A stretch of DNA of 64,000 nt from Nitrospirota bacterium (GCA_963796285.1 CAWCKW010000003.1:1-64000); one strand, 5' to 3'; positions 30,845 to 41,406 are shown, counted from the stretch's first letter. A program made the numbers and translations. Notes: generated from the sequence alone by a model not told the origin.

Positions 30845-32440
30845 ATGAAAAAAAGTCCAGCAGCAATATCCATCGCCATTGGCATTCTCCTCTCGCGCAT
30901 CATGGGGCTTGTGCGAGAACGCGTATTCGCTCATTACCTCGGCAACTCCGATGCCGCGGGCGCATTTCGTGCCGCCTTGCGCATTCCCAATCTTTTGCAG
31001 AATCTTTTCGGGGAAGGGGTCCTTTCCGCTTCGTTCATCCCGGTTTATGCAAAACTGCTGGCGGAAGGGAAAGAGGAGGAGGCGCGTAAGGCTGCATCCG
31101 TTGTGCTTACGCTTCTTGTGGTTATAACCGCGGTACTCGTGGTCATAGGCGTAACTTTCAGCCGACCCCTTATCGGGGTCCTTGCGCCCGGATTTCACGG
31201 CGAGGTTCGGGAACTGACCATCAGGATGGTTGCAATTATGTTTCCCGGGACGGGAATCCTCGTACTGTCTGCGTGGTGTCTCGGCGTCCTTAATAGTCAC
31301 CGGAAATTTTTTCTCTCCTACGTCGCGCCGGTGCTCTGGAATTTGGCCATCATCGCAATTCTCGTTGGTATCGGCGGGTATTATCTGGCAAATCGTCCCG
31401 GGGCTCAGACGCGGCTCATCATCTGGGTCGCGTGGTCCACGGTCATAGGGGCGGCGCTTCAATGGGCGGTTCAGTTCCCACTCGCTTTAAAACTTAACAA
31501 CGGATTCGCTTTTTCACTCAAAACCCGGCTGGCGCCGGTGCGATTAATTATAACCAGCTTCATGCCGGCGGTGGTCACCCGCGGCGTCGTGCAGCTGTCG
31601 GCCTACATAGATCAGGTCCTGGCAAGCTATCTCGGGCCCGCATCTGTCTCGGCCATGGCATACGCGCAGACGATTTATACCCTGCCGGTGTCGTTGTTCG
31701 GGATGGCGATATCATCGGCCGCACTGACGGAGATGTCAAGAACCACCGGAACAAAAGAGGAAATCATCCAGGCATTGAAAGCCCGACTGATCGCCGGAAG
31801 CAGAAGGATCGCGTTTTACGTCGTTCCATCAGCTGTGGCGTTTATCGTCCTGGGCGACGTCGTCACGGCAACGCTCTTCCAAACAGGGCACTTCGGCGGG
31901 TCGGATTCGCGTTTTGTCTGGTTTATCCTGGCAGGGAGCGCAGTAGGGCTCGTGGCCACAACGCAATCACGCCTCTTCGTATCGGCCTTCTGGGCACTCG
32001 GAAATACCAGAACGCCGCTGGGCATTGCATGTTTTCGTGTGGCATTAACCGCTCTCCTGGGCTTCTTTGTCGTGTTTCCCATGCGTTCCCTTTTTGCATT
32101 AGACGCCATATACTGCTCGGCTGCTCTCACCGCATCGGCAGGCGTCGCGGGCTGGATCGAGTTTCTGCTGTTCAGATACGCCCTCGCTGCAAACATCGGC
32201 CGCTTTAATCTCGGGGGCCGGATGATAATGGCGCTTTGGGGCATAGCCATCGCATCCGCCGCTATCGTCTTAGGAGTAGAGTTGTTCGTACCTGGATTTC
32301 ATGTTGTCATTCGCGGGATCGTCATACTGGGGCTTTACGGCCTGCTCTACATTGGCGGTGCTACTGCAGCAGGAATCCCGGAAGCGGCGGAAGCGATTCG
32401 TCCGATAAGACGGTACCTTTCAGGCATCAAGGAAAGATAA
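30845..32440 (+). CDS. murJ: lipid II flippase MurJ (MviN)
   Basis: 'SRIMGLVRE', 'RIPNLLQNLFGEGVLSASFIPV'; many TM segments. Confidence 0.93.
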   Translation: MKKSPAAISIAIGILLSRIMGLVRERVFAHYLGNSDAAGAFRAALRIPNLLQNLFGEGVLSASFIPVYAKLLAEGKEEEARKAASVVLTLLVVITAVLVVIGVTFSRPLIGVLAPGFHGEVRELTIRMVAIMFPGTGILVLSAWCLGVLNSHRKFFLSYVAPVLWNLAIIAILVGIGGYYLANRPGAQTRLIIWVAWSTVIGAALQWAVQFPLALKLNNGFAFSLKTRLAPVRLIITSFMPAVVTRGVVQLSAYIDQVLASYLGPASVSAMAYAQTIYTLPVSLFGMAISSAALTEMSRTTGTKEEIIQALKARLIAGSRRIAFYVVPSAVAFIVLGDVVTATLFQTGHFGGSDSRFVWFILAGSAVGLVATTQSRLFVSAFWALGNTRTPLGIACFRVALTALLGFFVVFPMRSLFALDAIYCSAALTASAGVAGWIEFLLFRYALAANIGRFNLGGRMIMALWGIAIASAAIVLGVELFVPGFHVVIRGIVILGLYGLLYIGGATAAGIPEAAEAIRPIRRYLSGIKER

Positions 32441-32493
32441 TCCTGATGTTATACGTTGCTTCGTGAATTATGTCTTGCCCACTCGCCGTCATT

Positions 32494-33012
32494 TTAATTG
32501 ATATTATCCATAATATAGTTGATGATATCCGTCAGAGTGATAATGCCCGACAGTCTGTCATTGTCGACGACAGGGAGCTGCTTTATCCCCTTGAGGATCA
32601 TGAGAGAACCCGCCTTCACGATGGGAGTGTCGCTCGTTATTGTGATGGGCGGCGTCCCCATGAGGGCCCGCACCTTCAGGTCGTCCAGCTGGTGCGCCCT
32701 CACTTCGATGCCCTCGAAGCTCGCCATGTGGCGCTCGCCGTCCCTAATGTCAGAATAGCCCGGCAGCATGGCTTTTGAAATATCTGCCTTCGGAATTACT
32801 CCAGCAACCGTTCCCCCATCCAACACCACAAGGCCGTTTAGCAGAAAGGCCTTGAAAATATCGGCCTTCGTAATTACTCCTACAATCGTTTCGCCATTCA
32901 GCACAACGAGGCCGTTTACGTGGTGTTTCTTGAGGATCTTGGCACAATCCTTCAAGGTTTGTTCCTGCCCAATGGTATGGACTTGCTTCGTCATAATCTC
33001 GGATGTCTTCAT
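32494..33012 (-). CDS. CBS-domain protein with an internal 26-aa duplication
   Basis: CBS pair; 'NGLVVLxGxTxxGVIxKADIxKA' occurs twice. Confidence 0.85.
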   Translation of the reverse strand: MKTSEIMTKQVHTIGQEQTLKDCAKILKKHHVNGLVVLNGETIVGVITKADIFKAFLLNGLVVLDGGTVAGVIPKADISKAMLPGYSDIRDGERHMASFEGIEVRAHQLDDLKVRALMGTPPITITSDTPIVKAGSLMILKGIKQLPVVDNDRLSGIITLTDIINYIMDNIN

Positions 33013-33186
33013 GACTAGATCTCCTTCGGAGAAAGATTATTAGCCACAGTGCTCACAATGAATTTAGAGAATAGCTTTGGGCTTCTCGACCGGTGATTAT
33101 AAGTTGTAATCTGTTCGATTATAGCAGATTCTATTCAAAGGTAGGTATTGCCGGTGAATTCAGGCCGAACTACGCTCGACCAGCAT

Positions 33187-35649
33187 CTATGCCGCAGCCG
33201 CGGGAACGCGCCATTTGATCATCGCGACCTTTACGGCGTCGTTCACGACAAGGCACGAGACCATCGCATAGCCGAAGATCACGAGCGTCTGCCACCAGGG
33301 CAAGGGCATGAGTCCCGGCAGCCCCACGAACGTCAGGATGGTGCCCGTGAGCGCATTTGCCACAAGAGCCCCCGCCAGGCTCTTGCTGGGCATCGTCGTC
33401 CAGAACCAGTGGCGCTCCCGCGCGGACACGATGGAGAACACGGCAAAATAGAGCAGCGTGAGGAAGCTGAAGGTAGTGAGGGCATTGTCGTTCGTTGCCA
33501 AGCCGAAACGCGACCAGCCGATCCACAAGAAGAGCAGCGCCTCCGCGACCATCGTAACTCCCAGCACCGCGGAAACGGTAATGAATCCCCCGATGTTCCA
33601 CGTCTCAGGCTTTTTGGATGGCTGAACATGGTCGGTGGCAAGAGCGATCTTCGCGAAGTCCGTCATGAAGACCAGCAGCAGCATCGCAAAGGCTGAGACA
33701 ACGAACTTGCCGGTCACCACGAACGCGATGGCCACGAAAGCAGCCTTCAGGATCGTCCGGCTGATCTTGTTGATGATCCACGTGAGTATGCGTTGATAGA
33801 TGGTCCGACCTTGCTCGACCAAAGCCACGATGTTCGTCAGCCCTGGTTCTGTCAAAACGACGCTTGCGGCGCCCTTTGCAATGTCGGTGGCGGTGCTGAC
33901 GGCGATGCCCACTTCGGCCTGGCGCAGCGCGGGCGCATCGTTGACGCCATCGCCCGTCATGCCGGTCACATGCCCTGCGGCTTGCAGGTGCTGCACCACG
34001 ATGTATTTGTCCTCCGGGTACACTTCGGCGAAGCCATCGGCGCCCGCCAGCAAGTCCACCGCCTCGTTGCCGGCCTGAGCGCTCGCGGCCTTCAGGTCCG
34101 CCACGCGCCGTATGTTGGGCAACCCGACGCCGCGCGCGATCTCACTCGCGACAGCCAGTGCGTCGCCGGAGAGCATCTTCACGGGAACACCGAGGCCGTG
34201 AAGTGTGGCGATGAGCTGCTTTGCCTCCGGTCGCGGCGGATCATACAACGTCACCAATCCGACCAATGCAAGGGTGCCCGTCTCGGGGCCGCGCGCTACC
34301 GCCAGTGTCCGATATCCCTTCAGCGCCGATTCTCTGACCTGCGCCTCCAACGCCTCGATCGCCGGGGGCTGGAGTCCGCAGGCCTGGGCAACGCTTCGCA
34401 CGGCGCCTTTCATCACGCGCAGCCGCTGCCCGTTCTGTTCGACCACGGCTTCCGTCCTCCGGTTTGTTGCATCGAACGGAGTGAAGGAGACCGGCATGAC
34501 CCTGGGAAGATCGTCGAAGATATGCCGCCCTTTTGCCGCGGCGAGGAACGCCAAATCGATCGGATCCTGGTTGGCTTCCTGAGACGCGAGGGCGCCGACA
34601 AACAGCACGTCGGATTCCGTCGCGTGCTCCAGCGGGATCACTCCGGTGACCGCCAGTTGGTTCATCGTGATCGTGCCCGTCTTGTCCACGCAAAGCACAT
34701 CCATCGTCGCCGCATCCTCCGCGGCGCTGAGGCGCGTGACCAGCACGCCGCGCTTCGCCAGCTCCTTCGCCCCGAAAGCCATGCTGACCGTGAACATGAC
34801 GGGGAGGGCGACCGGCACCGCGCTCATCAGCAGGACCAGCATGAGCGGGACCATCTCAAGAAGCGGCGCATGGCGGATGAGCGACAGGACGATCACTACG
34901 CCCAGCAGCGCGCCGACGATAACGAAGAGCCAGCGGACCACCTTGGCCACCACCGCTTCGATGTGAAGCTTCGGACGCGCCTCCTGCACAAGTTCCGTGG
35001 TTCGGCCGAAGTAGGTCTTCGCGCCGGTCAGAATTACCACGCCGTTGCCTTCTCCCCGGCGGACCACGGACCCCGAAGAGAGCACTTCGCCGGGGGCTTT
35101 GTCGGCATCCTGCGACTCGCCGGTGAGGGCCGACTGGTCAACACTCAACGCTCCGGTGAGAAGTTTTACGTCAGCCGGGATGATGTCGCCGGGACGCACG
35201 CGGAGGATGTCGCCGGGGACCAGCTCACGGGCGGGAATGACCTGCCAATTGGCGTCACGCAGCACGCGCGCACTGACCTGCAAGCGCTGCCGAAGCGTTT
35301 CGACGACACCGGCGGCGCGATGCTCCTGGATAAAGCTCAACACGGCATTGACAACCAGCAGTGCGCTGACCACCGCGAGGTCCGAGTATTTCCCGAGGAC
35401 AGCCGACAGGACCATGATCAGTTCGAGCATCCATGCCGACACGCCCCAGAATTTCTCGAGGAACTTGAGGACCGGGTGCCTCTTCTGCTCGGCCACTTCG
35501 TTGTAGCCGTGCTCCTTCAAACGGGCCTCCACATCCGCCCGCGTGAGACCGGCCTCCGGGGCCACATGAAGCAGCGAGAGCGTATCAGGCACCGACGCGG
35601 AAGCGATATCGGGTCCCTTCTTATTTGATGGCATCGAACTCAAGATCAT
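33187..35649 (-). CDS. plasma-membrane proton-efflux P-type ATPase (P3A-like)
   Basis: DKTGT, TGES, PVALP and TGDGVNDAPAL motifs; GGAGG RBS before ATG 35649. Confidence 0.93.
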   Translation of the reverse strand: MILSSMPSNKKGPDIASASVPDTLSLLHVAPEAGLTRADVEARLKEHGYNEVAEQKRHPVLKFLEKFWGVSAWMLELIMVLSAVLGKYSDLAVVSALLVVNAVLSFIQEHRAAGVVETLRQRLQVSARVLRDANWQVIPARELVPGDILRVRPGDIIPADVKLLTGALSVDQSALTGESQDADKAPGEVLSSGSVVRRGEGNGVVILTGAKTYFGRTTELVQEARPKLHIEAVVAKVVRWLFVIVGALLGVVIVLSLIRHAPLLEMVPLMLVLLMSAVPVALPVMFTVSMAFGAKELAKRGVLVTRLSAAEDAATMDVLCVDKTGTITMNQLAVTGVIPLEHATESDVLFVGALASQEANQDPIDLAFLAAAKGRHIFDDLPRVMPVSFTPFDATNRRTEAVVEQNGQRLRVMKGAVRSVAQACGLQPPAIEALEAQVRESALKGYRTLAVARGPETGTLALVGLVTLYDPPRPEAKQLIATLHGLGVPVKMLSGDALAVASEIARGVGLPNIRRVADLKAASAQAGNEAVDLLAGADGFAEVYPEDKYIVVQHLQAAGHVTGMTGDGVNDAPALRQAEVGIAVSTATDIAKGAASVVLTEPGLTNIVALVEQGRTIYQRILTWIINKISRTILKAAFVAIAFVVTGKFVVSAFAMLLLVFMTDFAKIALATDHVQPSKKPETWNIGGFITVSAVLGVTMVAEALLFLWIGWSRFGLATNDNALTTFSFLTLLYFAVFSIVSARERHWFWTTMPSKSLAGALVANALTGTILTFVGLPGLMPLPWWQTLVIFGYAMVSCLVVNDAVKVAMIKWRVPAAAA

Positions 35650-35867
35650 GCACCTCCGGTAATTGACGCCGCCCAGCGCGAAGCTCAAGGGCGCGGTGGC
35701 TTTTATACTGCGAGGCGCTTGAGCCGCGTCTCCCTTCAGTTATTGTACCAGATGGAGAGTTGGATTTTGCGCGAAACCTCTAATTCCGGCGCGGCACTAC
35801 AAAGGGCAGGAGCTAATCTTTTCTCCATCTGCTCAGTTCATGGAGTCACTCTTTTCGCGGATAAGGA

Positions 35868-35899
35868 AGGCCGCTGAATCGTACGGAGTCAGCGGCCTT
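35868..35899. terminator. stem-loop downstream of the DUF3365 gene
   Basis: AGGCCGCTGA...TCAGCGGCCT inverted repeat. Confidence 0.55.
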
Positions 35900-35933
35900 A
35901 GTTTATTTAGAAGTAAGATGTAGATACAACACT

Positions 35934-36506
35934 TTACAATGCTTTTTTTATTGAGAATGCACCGCGTATTTGGTTGACCGTATAGCCGGTGGCCTTATCG
36001 TGCGGATACTCGGCAGTAAGCTGTTCCTTGACCTGCGGCGCAATGGTTTCCAATGGACCATGGCACTTCAGGCAGATATCCTGCATCGGGATCGCCTTCA
36101 TATAACGCATAAATTTGCCCTGCGGTTCAATAACGATTTCAGCAAATTCCATGTTTGCAGGATTTTCCTTTTCCAGGCGACTTGCAAAATCAGCCAGCAC
36201 TTTCTGCTCCCATGCATCTGGTGAGCCAAGCAAGGGGTTCCGGGTTTTCAAGGAAACCCGCGTTACACGCTGTCCGGTCTTTCGCGATAGATCGGAGGTA
36301 ATTGCCGGAGCAAGGTCCTTGCAAACTTTGATCGCTGCTGCCGGGCCATTTGCCGTCATTTCTTTCTGCAGTGCACCTCCCAGTTGAGACACCATTTCTT
36401 TGACCACGTTGCGGCTGTCTTCTTGAAATTTCGCCAAATCGTCTGCCATTGCCGGACTCGCACTCAAAAAAAGTGCCAGGGTAACCATGAGCCATGTATT
36501 TCTCAT
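35934..36506 (-). CDS. DUF3365 (Tll0287-like) c-type heme protein
   Basis: Signal peptide, 'RVSLKTRNP', CLKCH heme motif, 'IRGAFSI'. Confidence 0.88.
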   Translation of the reverse strand: MRNTWLMVTLALFLSASPAMADDLAKFQEDSRNVVKEMVSQLGGALQKEMTANGPAAAIKVCKDLAPAITSDLSRKTGQRVTRVSLKTRNPLLGSPDAWEQKVLADFASRLEKENPANMEFAEIVIEPQGKFMRYMKAIPMQDICLKCHGPLETIAPQVKEQLTAEYPHDKATGYTVNQIRGAFSIKKAL

Positions 36507-36522
36507 AACATTTATTCTCCTT

Positions 36523-37023
36523 TTAATTTGTTACGTCGTGCACTTCATTTAACGACGTATCTATTATGTTGTACGAAACTTTCACATCCATGTCTTTTCT
36601 TAGTGAGTTGTAGACGGAGCAGTATTTTTCATGCGACAGGGATACGGCACGGGCGACTTTTTTTGTGTTCAGGTTTTTCCCTGTAAGATGAAGAGCTATC
36701 TCTACTGTTTTAAAGTACTGAGGCGGTGTTGTGTTCCGTTCCCCGGCGATATCCACTTTGAAATTCTCCAGTTCCATCTTCATCTTCTGCAAGAACATAA
36801 CAACGTCGATGCCCATACAACCGGCCAAGCTCAAGAGTAGAGCGTCCGTTGGTTTGCAGCCCCACTGGACATGGGCGTCGAACTCTATTTCATACCCTTC
36901 CTGTGTTCTTCCGACGAATATCAGTTCCTTGTCCCAGGTCAAAGTTGCTTTGGACAAATGGTTGATTTTTTGTTTATATCCCGTTAAGGACTGTTCCAGC
37001 TCTTCCTTCTCGTTCTCAGACAT
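36523..37023 (-). CDS. OsmC-family protein
   Basis: 'LAGCMGIDV' and 'LSHEKYCSV'. Confidence 0.88.
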   Translation of the reverse strand: MSENEKEELEQSLTGYKQKINHLSKATLTWDKELIFVGRTQEGYEIEFDAHVQWGCKPTDALLLSLAGCMGIDVVMFLQKMKMELENFKVDIAGERNTTPPQYFKTVEIALHLTGKNLNTKKVARAVSLSHEKYCSVYNSLRKDMDVKVSYNIIDTSLNEVHDVTN

Positions 37024-37100
37024 AATAACTCTCCATTGCTGTCATTCCGCTTTTGTCAAGAAAGGAGCCCGCCCCGGCTCAGAACGGGCTTTTTGTTTTG

Positions 37101-37556
37101 CTATCTTCTCCACCCCGCCCATGCGGGGACGCCCGAGCTATCCCGCAGGATAAGGACGCTGTCACCCTTTTTGCATTCCGCCGCGATGATGGCTGGTTTG
37201 CCATCAAAGGTTACCCTTGATCCCTTCACCTCGATCTTGTCGCCTTTCTCAAGTTTCACGTCTTGCCGCTCAAGGTACCATTCCGGGCCGAGATGAATGG
37301 CTATGGCCTCTTTGTCCGTCTTAAGCATGAGATGGATACCGGAGTACATCCCCTTCATTGGTGTTATCTTGTCCACTGATTCTATGACTCCGGAAACGGT
37401 CTCCACTGTTGCCGGATCGTACATCCTCTGGTAGGATGAGCCCATGCCCCACCCGCCGCTCCCGCGCCAGCCTTTCCAGGGGCCCGCAAGGGCGACCGAA
37501 GAGACAAAAAGCACTGATAAAGCAACTACCACACTGATAATTCTTGCTGTTCTCAT
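37101..37556 (-). CDS. exported OB-fold protein
   Basis: Signal peptide, 'IHLGPEWY', 'GDKIEVKGS', 'LRDSSGVPAW'. Confidence 0.75.
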   Translation of the reverse strand: MRTARIISVVVALSVLFVSSVALAGPWKGWRGSGGWGMGSSYQRMYDPATVETVSGVIESVDKITPMKGMYSGIHLMLKTDKEAIAIHLGPEWYLERQDVKLEKGDKIEVKGSRVTFDGKPAIIAAECKKGDSVLILRDSSGVPAWAGWRR

Positions 37557-37736
37557 GACTGCCTCCTTTTAGCCGGGATTAAATGATGCGTTCATTCAGC
37601 AAACTATTTCTTTTTTGTATTTTCAAGACCTGGCTTTACTTACAAGAATTACATGTCGAAATACCAAGCAAATGGTAGAGCGGGCACCATCCGATCGGGA
37701 AACTCGGGCTGATCGGAGACTGGTCCCGGAATGTGA

Positions 37737-38105
37737 TCAAAATGTCACGTTCTGGCGCTTCATGAGGAGTTCCCCAAGATAGGACCCCGGCTTGACCTCA
37801 GCATTCTTGATCCACTCCGCTCCCTCAAGACCATATGGTTTAACGCAGGATGCGCAGATATAGAACTTGCAGTCGAAGTCTTCGACCAGGCTTTTCATAA
37901 GTTCCGCAACAGGCGAAAAACCCTTCTGCCACTGGACCGACTCGGCAAAGCCCTTCCGCGCCAGGTGCACACCTTCATTCATCAGGAAAAAGTCTATCTT
38001 GGCATCAAAAGCCGCCATGTTGGTGGCAAGCTGGAGCGCTGCGGCTGCGCGTTCAATAGCATCATACGAATGAGTGAGCACGAAGACGAATTCCTTGTTT
38101 TCCAT
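37737..38105 (-). CDS. DsrE-family protein
   Basis: 'FFLMNEGVHLARKG' and 'YICASC'; AGGAG RBS. Confidence 0.85.
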   Translation of the reverse strand: MENKEFVFVLTHSYDAIERAAAALQLATNMAAFDAKIDFFLMNEGVHLARKGFAESVQWQKGFSPVAELMKSLVEDFDCKFYICASCVKPYGLEGAEWIKNAEVKPGSYLGELLMKRQNVTF

Positions 38106-38136
38106 CTTTTTCTCCTTTTGATCTCGACGGTGATAC

Positions 38137-38517
38137 TTAATGAGCGCAACCCCCATCATCGCTGTGGCCACCGCAGCACCCCTGGACCGTCAACACAGGA
38201 AGGTTTTTCGCCTGAAACAGAGAAAGATTTTCCCGTATTGTCTCCCCCTGCGAACGATGCACCGTGATTCCCATCTGGTTCAGCCTGGTAAGAGCTCCCG
38301 CTCCGATGCCACCAACAACGATCGCATCGACCTTTTGGTTATCGAGCGCCTTCATCGGGTTGCATGCGCCATGCGTGTGGTGCTGGTCCCGATTGTTTAT
38401 CGACGCAACGCCGTTTGTGTCCGTATCGAAAACGACAAATACCGGCGCTGAGCCAAAATGGTTGTACACCGTGCTCTCGATCCCATTATCATTCTGGACT
38501 GGAAAACAGATCTTCAT
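38137..38517 (-). CDS. NifB/NifX-family (FeMo-cofactor-binding-like) protein
   Basis: 'HFGSAPVF' and 'VGGIGAGA'. Confidence 0.88.
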   Translation of the reverse strand: MKICFPVQNDNGIESTVYNHFGSAPVFVVFDTDTNGVASINNRDQHHTHGACNPMKALDNQKVDAIVVGGIGAGALTRLNQMGITVHRSQGETIRENLSLFQAKNLPVLTVQGCCGGHSDDGGCAH

Positions 38518-38551
38518 GTGATGTTCCTCCTCTTTATGGTTTATACAACGA

Positions 38552-38827
38552 TTATTCAAATACGATAGCCTGGCCTTTGCTCAGGGCTTTCGCAACCTTT
38601 TTCCGTGCTGTCGTGAGTATTCTTTGAACGGTCCCTCTTGATACGCCCATCCTGGCGCCGGCCTCCGCTTGCGTAAGATCATCCAGATCGCAGAGCTTTA
38701 AAGCCTCAAGCTCTTCCCGCAAAAGGGGTATTTGCTCGACCTCGGACATCGGGATGCATGTGGGTTTGAAGGCTTTGCCTTTAAACTTACACTTGCAGTT
38801 TCGCGGCTTTTTGCACCTCGGCGACAT
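38552..38827 (-). CDS. DUF134 HTH protein
   Basis: 'EELEALKLCDLDDLTQAEAGARMGVSRGT'. Confidence 0.9.
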   Translation of the reverse strand: MSPRCKKPRNCKCKFKGKAFKPTCIPMSEVEQIPLLREELEALKLCDLDDLTQAEAGARMGVSRGTVQRILTTARKKVAKALSKGQAIVFE

Positions 38828-39240
38828 GCTTGCCCCCTCTCGTTTTGTGCATATGCTCATAAACATAACAGGCGCCGGTGATAATGTCAAGGATCATTCA
38901 GGGGCCTTTCGCTTTTATTAGAAAAGACGCGTAGATAGAATATCGTTATATTTTAAGCATAACGGAAAAACTGCTGTCATCGCGCTTGATTTTGAAGGTA
39001 ATGAAATACTCAGAAAGATAGGATAGTTTGAGCCGGAGGTATTTGTGGAAAACTCGAAATGGCAAGAAAAAAGACTGCCCGTAGAGCGGCAAAAGTCATG
39101 TTGCGATAACAAGAGGTAACTTAGAGTATGTCAGTTCTTAATGAAGAAACAGAGGTCTCAAAGAAACAAGCGCTGGGCTGCGTGGGGAAGTTGTTTCCTA
39201 TGATGCCTCATGATTCCTTGTTGCCGAACTTTTATTTTGA

Positions 39241-39356
39241 TCGCCGTCGGCTCCTGTGCGCCGACCGCGCAGAGCAAAAGGCCGACACATCAATCTTGCC
39301 TTATTAACTATCGGAACTGCGCTTTACGTAATGCAACCAGGGAAACAACGTCTCCG
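39241..39356. repeat. dispersed repeat type C, copy 2
   Basis: Homologous to 14101-14216. Confidence 0.7.
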
Positions 39357-39401
39357 GATATGTTCATCCCGCGGTACCCGCTGCTGCAGAGAAGAACATC
39401 C

Positions 39402-40019
39402 TCAATCCAGGATCTTGAGGGCATAGCAGCACATATGGTTGTCGAGGACCTTGTCCACGACCTCCCGGGCCGCACCGCTTTCCTTCAGCCACTTTTCCGC
39501 GAAGCCCTTCTTGCCGGACCCGGACTTGCACCCGAGCTGTATGACCCGGATCTTCTTGCCGCCGATCTTGATCTTTCCCGCGAACGCGCTCCTCATCGGC
39601 TGATGCACGGAGCAGAACGGGCTTACCCCGGCCCCCTCGCCGACCTGGTACTGGTCGGTGATGTTGCTCTGCCTATTGAACTCCGCGGTGAAATCCGCAA
39701 ACCCCTCGGGCAGCTTCTCGAACACCTTGGTGTAGTTCTTGATGGACGGGCCGAAGGGACAGTTCTTCAGGCCGAAGATGTAGTTGTCCATGTGGGTCGC
39801 CTTGCCTTCGATCACCGTGATGGGGTTCGTCGCGTTCTCGATCGCTGCGAGATATGCCTCGAAGGTCGGGTAGTCGGTCTCCGCGATCCGGTCCGCCGTC
39901 TTGATGGCGTTCCGGATCAGCGTCCCCTTGGCGCTTGCCGCGCCGGAGAGCGTGATCATGACCTTGATCATGTCGAGAAAACTGATGTGCGCTATATCGA
40001 GAATATTTTCGTCACTCAT
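39402..40019 (-). CDS. hypothetical Cys-containing protein, possibly V4R-like, copy 1
   Basis: 205 aa with CPF, FCSVH, GCK and CCY motifs. Confidence 0.75.
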   Translation of the reverse strand: MSDENILDIAHISFLDMIKVMITLSGAASAKGTLIRNAIKTADRIAETDYPTFEAYLAAIENATNPITVIEGKATHMDNYIFGLKNCPFGPSIKNYTKVFEKLPEGFADFTAEFNRQSNITDQYQVGEGAGVSPFCSVHQPMRSAFAGKIKIGGKKIRVIQLGCKSGSGKKGFAEKWLKESGAAREVVDKVLDNHMCCYALKILD

Positions 40020-40218
40020 AATTTACTCCCCCCTAACCCGGACAAGCCGGAACCAAGCAAATCTTTTTCTCGCAAAGACGCAAAGGTCGCAAAGGGGTAA
40101 ATCATAAATCCTGCCTTTCTTGGCGCTCTTTGCGTCTTTGCGAGAGATAAGGTTTTCTCTCTTTCGTCTTACTCTTAATCCGATGGTATCCTGTTATCCT
40201 GTCAAAAAAGGATTTCCA

Positions 40219-41406
40219 TTATATCGCGGCCGCGAGCGCAAGTTCGTGGCTGTGCTTCTTCAGCTTCAGCCGGATCATGCCGAGGTTCGCCTCCCGGTCG
40301 GCGACGATCACCAGAAACGCGTCCTCGCCGATCGGCGAGAGCATGACCGGGCCCTTCTCGAACTCGATCATGTTGATATGCATGGCGCCTTTGTCGAGCT
40401 GTCTCCCCATGGACGAGGACGCGCCGAAGCCGCTCGAGGCGATCGCGCCGATCATTTCCCGGTCGATGCCGCTCCGCGCGATGCTGTCGAGCAGAAACCC
40501 GTCGCGCGCGACGAGGCAGACGGCTTCGATGTTCTGCATCTTCGCCAGCTCGCTCAATATTTCCCGTGTCGTTGCCATGTTTCCCTCCTGCTTGGATGCC
40601 GCTACTGCGGCCTTGTGCTCTTCATGCTCCATGCTCCGTATCTCCGCCTTCGGCGCTTCGGCCTGGGGGGCCGGCGCGGGCATGGCGGCGCGTTCGGTAT
40701 CAGGCGCCCGCGCAATGACATCGGGTCTTACCGGCCCGGACGCTTCTTTTCGCGTGCGACCTTCCTTGAGCAGCTCTTCCACCGACTTCGATACATTTTT
40801 CTCCGTTATCGCGCACGTTCGGGAAATATCGATTTTCGCTCGATCCCAGGCAGCCATGTGGCTCACTGCAGCATCACCGTGCAAAGGCCCGCTAAAAGCA
40901 TAAATCAGCTCCCCCATGTTGAAATAGAGGGTCCCCGATTCCCCGCCGAATTCTACGGACAGCGTACAGGTCCTTTTCTCATTCGCGACCAGCCGGAGGA
41001 ACGCGGGAAGGTTGAGGCCTTGATAATGTCCGGCGGTCGCGAGGTTCAATTCGGTCACGATCGCGGAGGTCAGTTCCTCGAGATCGAATGGTTTCCGAAT
41101 ATAATGGGGGACGTCGAGCAGTTTTAATTTTTTTTCAATGTCCGGCGCCGTGCCGTGCGCGGTCATGATGATGGAGGGAATGTCGGGATGGTGCTTGCTC
41201 ATATACGCCATCAGCTCGAACCCGTCCACCACCGGCATTTTGAGGTCGGTCACGACCAGGTCCACCGGCTGCGAGGATAGGATCACGCTCGCCTTGGCGC
41301 CGTTTTCCGCGGTCACGATCGTGAACGCGCCGGCGTGCTCCCGGAAACCCTCTTTCAGGCTTTGCAGCAGGTTTGTTTCATCATCAACGATCAGAACAGT
41401 CTTCAT
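40219..41406 (-). CDS. receiver-DUF4388(PATAN-like)-Roadblock/LC7 fusion protein
   Basis: REC 'LIVDDE..TDLKMP..KPF'; 'RTCTLSV..GTLYFNMGEL'; roadblock 'LVARDGFLL...ANLGMIRL'. Confidence 0.85.
   Translation of the reverse strand: MKTVLIVDDETNLLQSLKEGFREHAGAFTIVTAENGAKASVILSSQPVDLVVTDLKMPVVDGFELMAYMSKHHPDIPSIIMTAHGTAPDIEKKLKLLDVPHYIRKPFDLEELTSAIVTELNLATAGHYQGLNLPAFLRLVANEKRTCTLSVEFGGESGTLYFNMGELIYAFSGPLHGDAAVSHMAAWDRAKIDISRTCAITEKNVSKSVEELLKEGRTRKEASGPVRPDVIARAPDTERAAMPAPAPQAEAPKAEIRSMEHEEHKAAVAASKQEGNMATTREILSELAKMQNIEAVCLVARDGFLLDSIARSGIDREMIGAIASSGFGASSSMGRQLDKGAMHINMIEFEKGPVMLSPIGEDAFLVIVADREANLGMIRLKLKKHSHELALAAAI

Noticed and set aside
33793-35628. 611-aa plus-strand ORF (also 21394-22710, 40120-41127, 45043-46209 and 61874-62959)
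   Set aside because: These are antisense shadows of well-supported GC-rich genes and have no recognisable motifs.
38137-38517. Nitrogen fixation gene
   Set aside because: NifB/NifX-like plus DUF134 pairs are common outside nif clusters, and there are no nif genes here.
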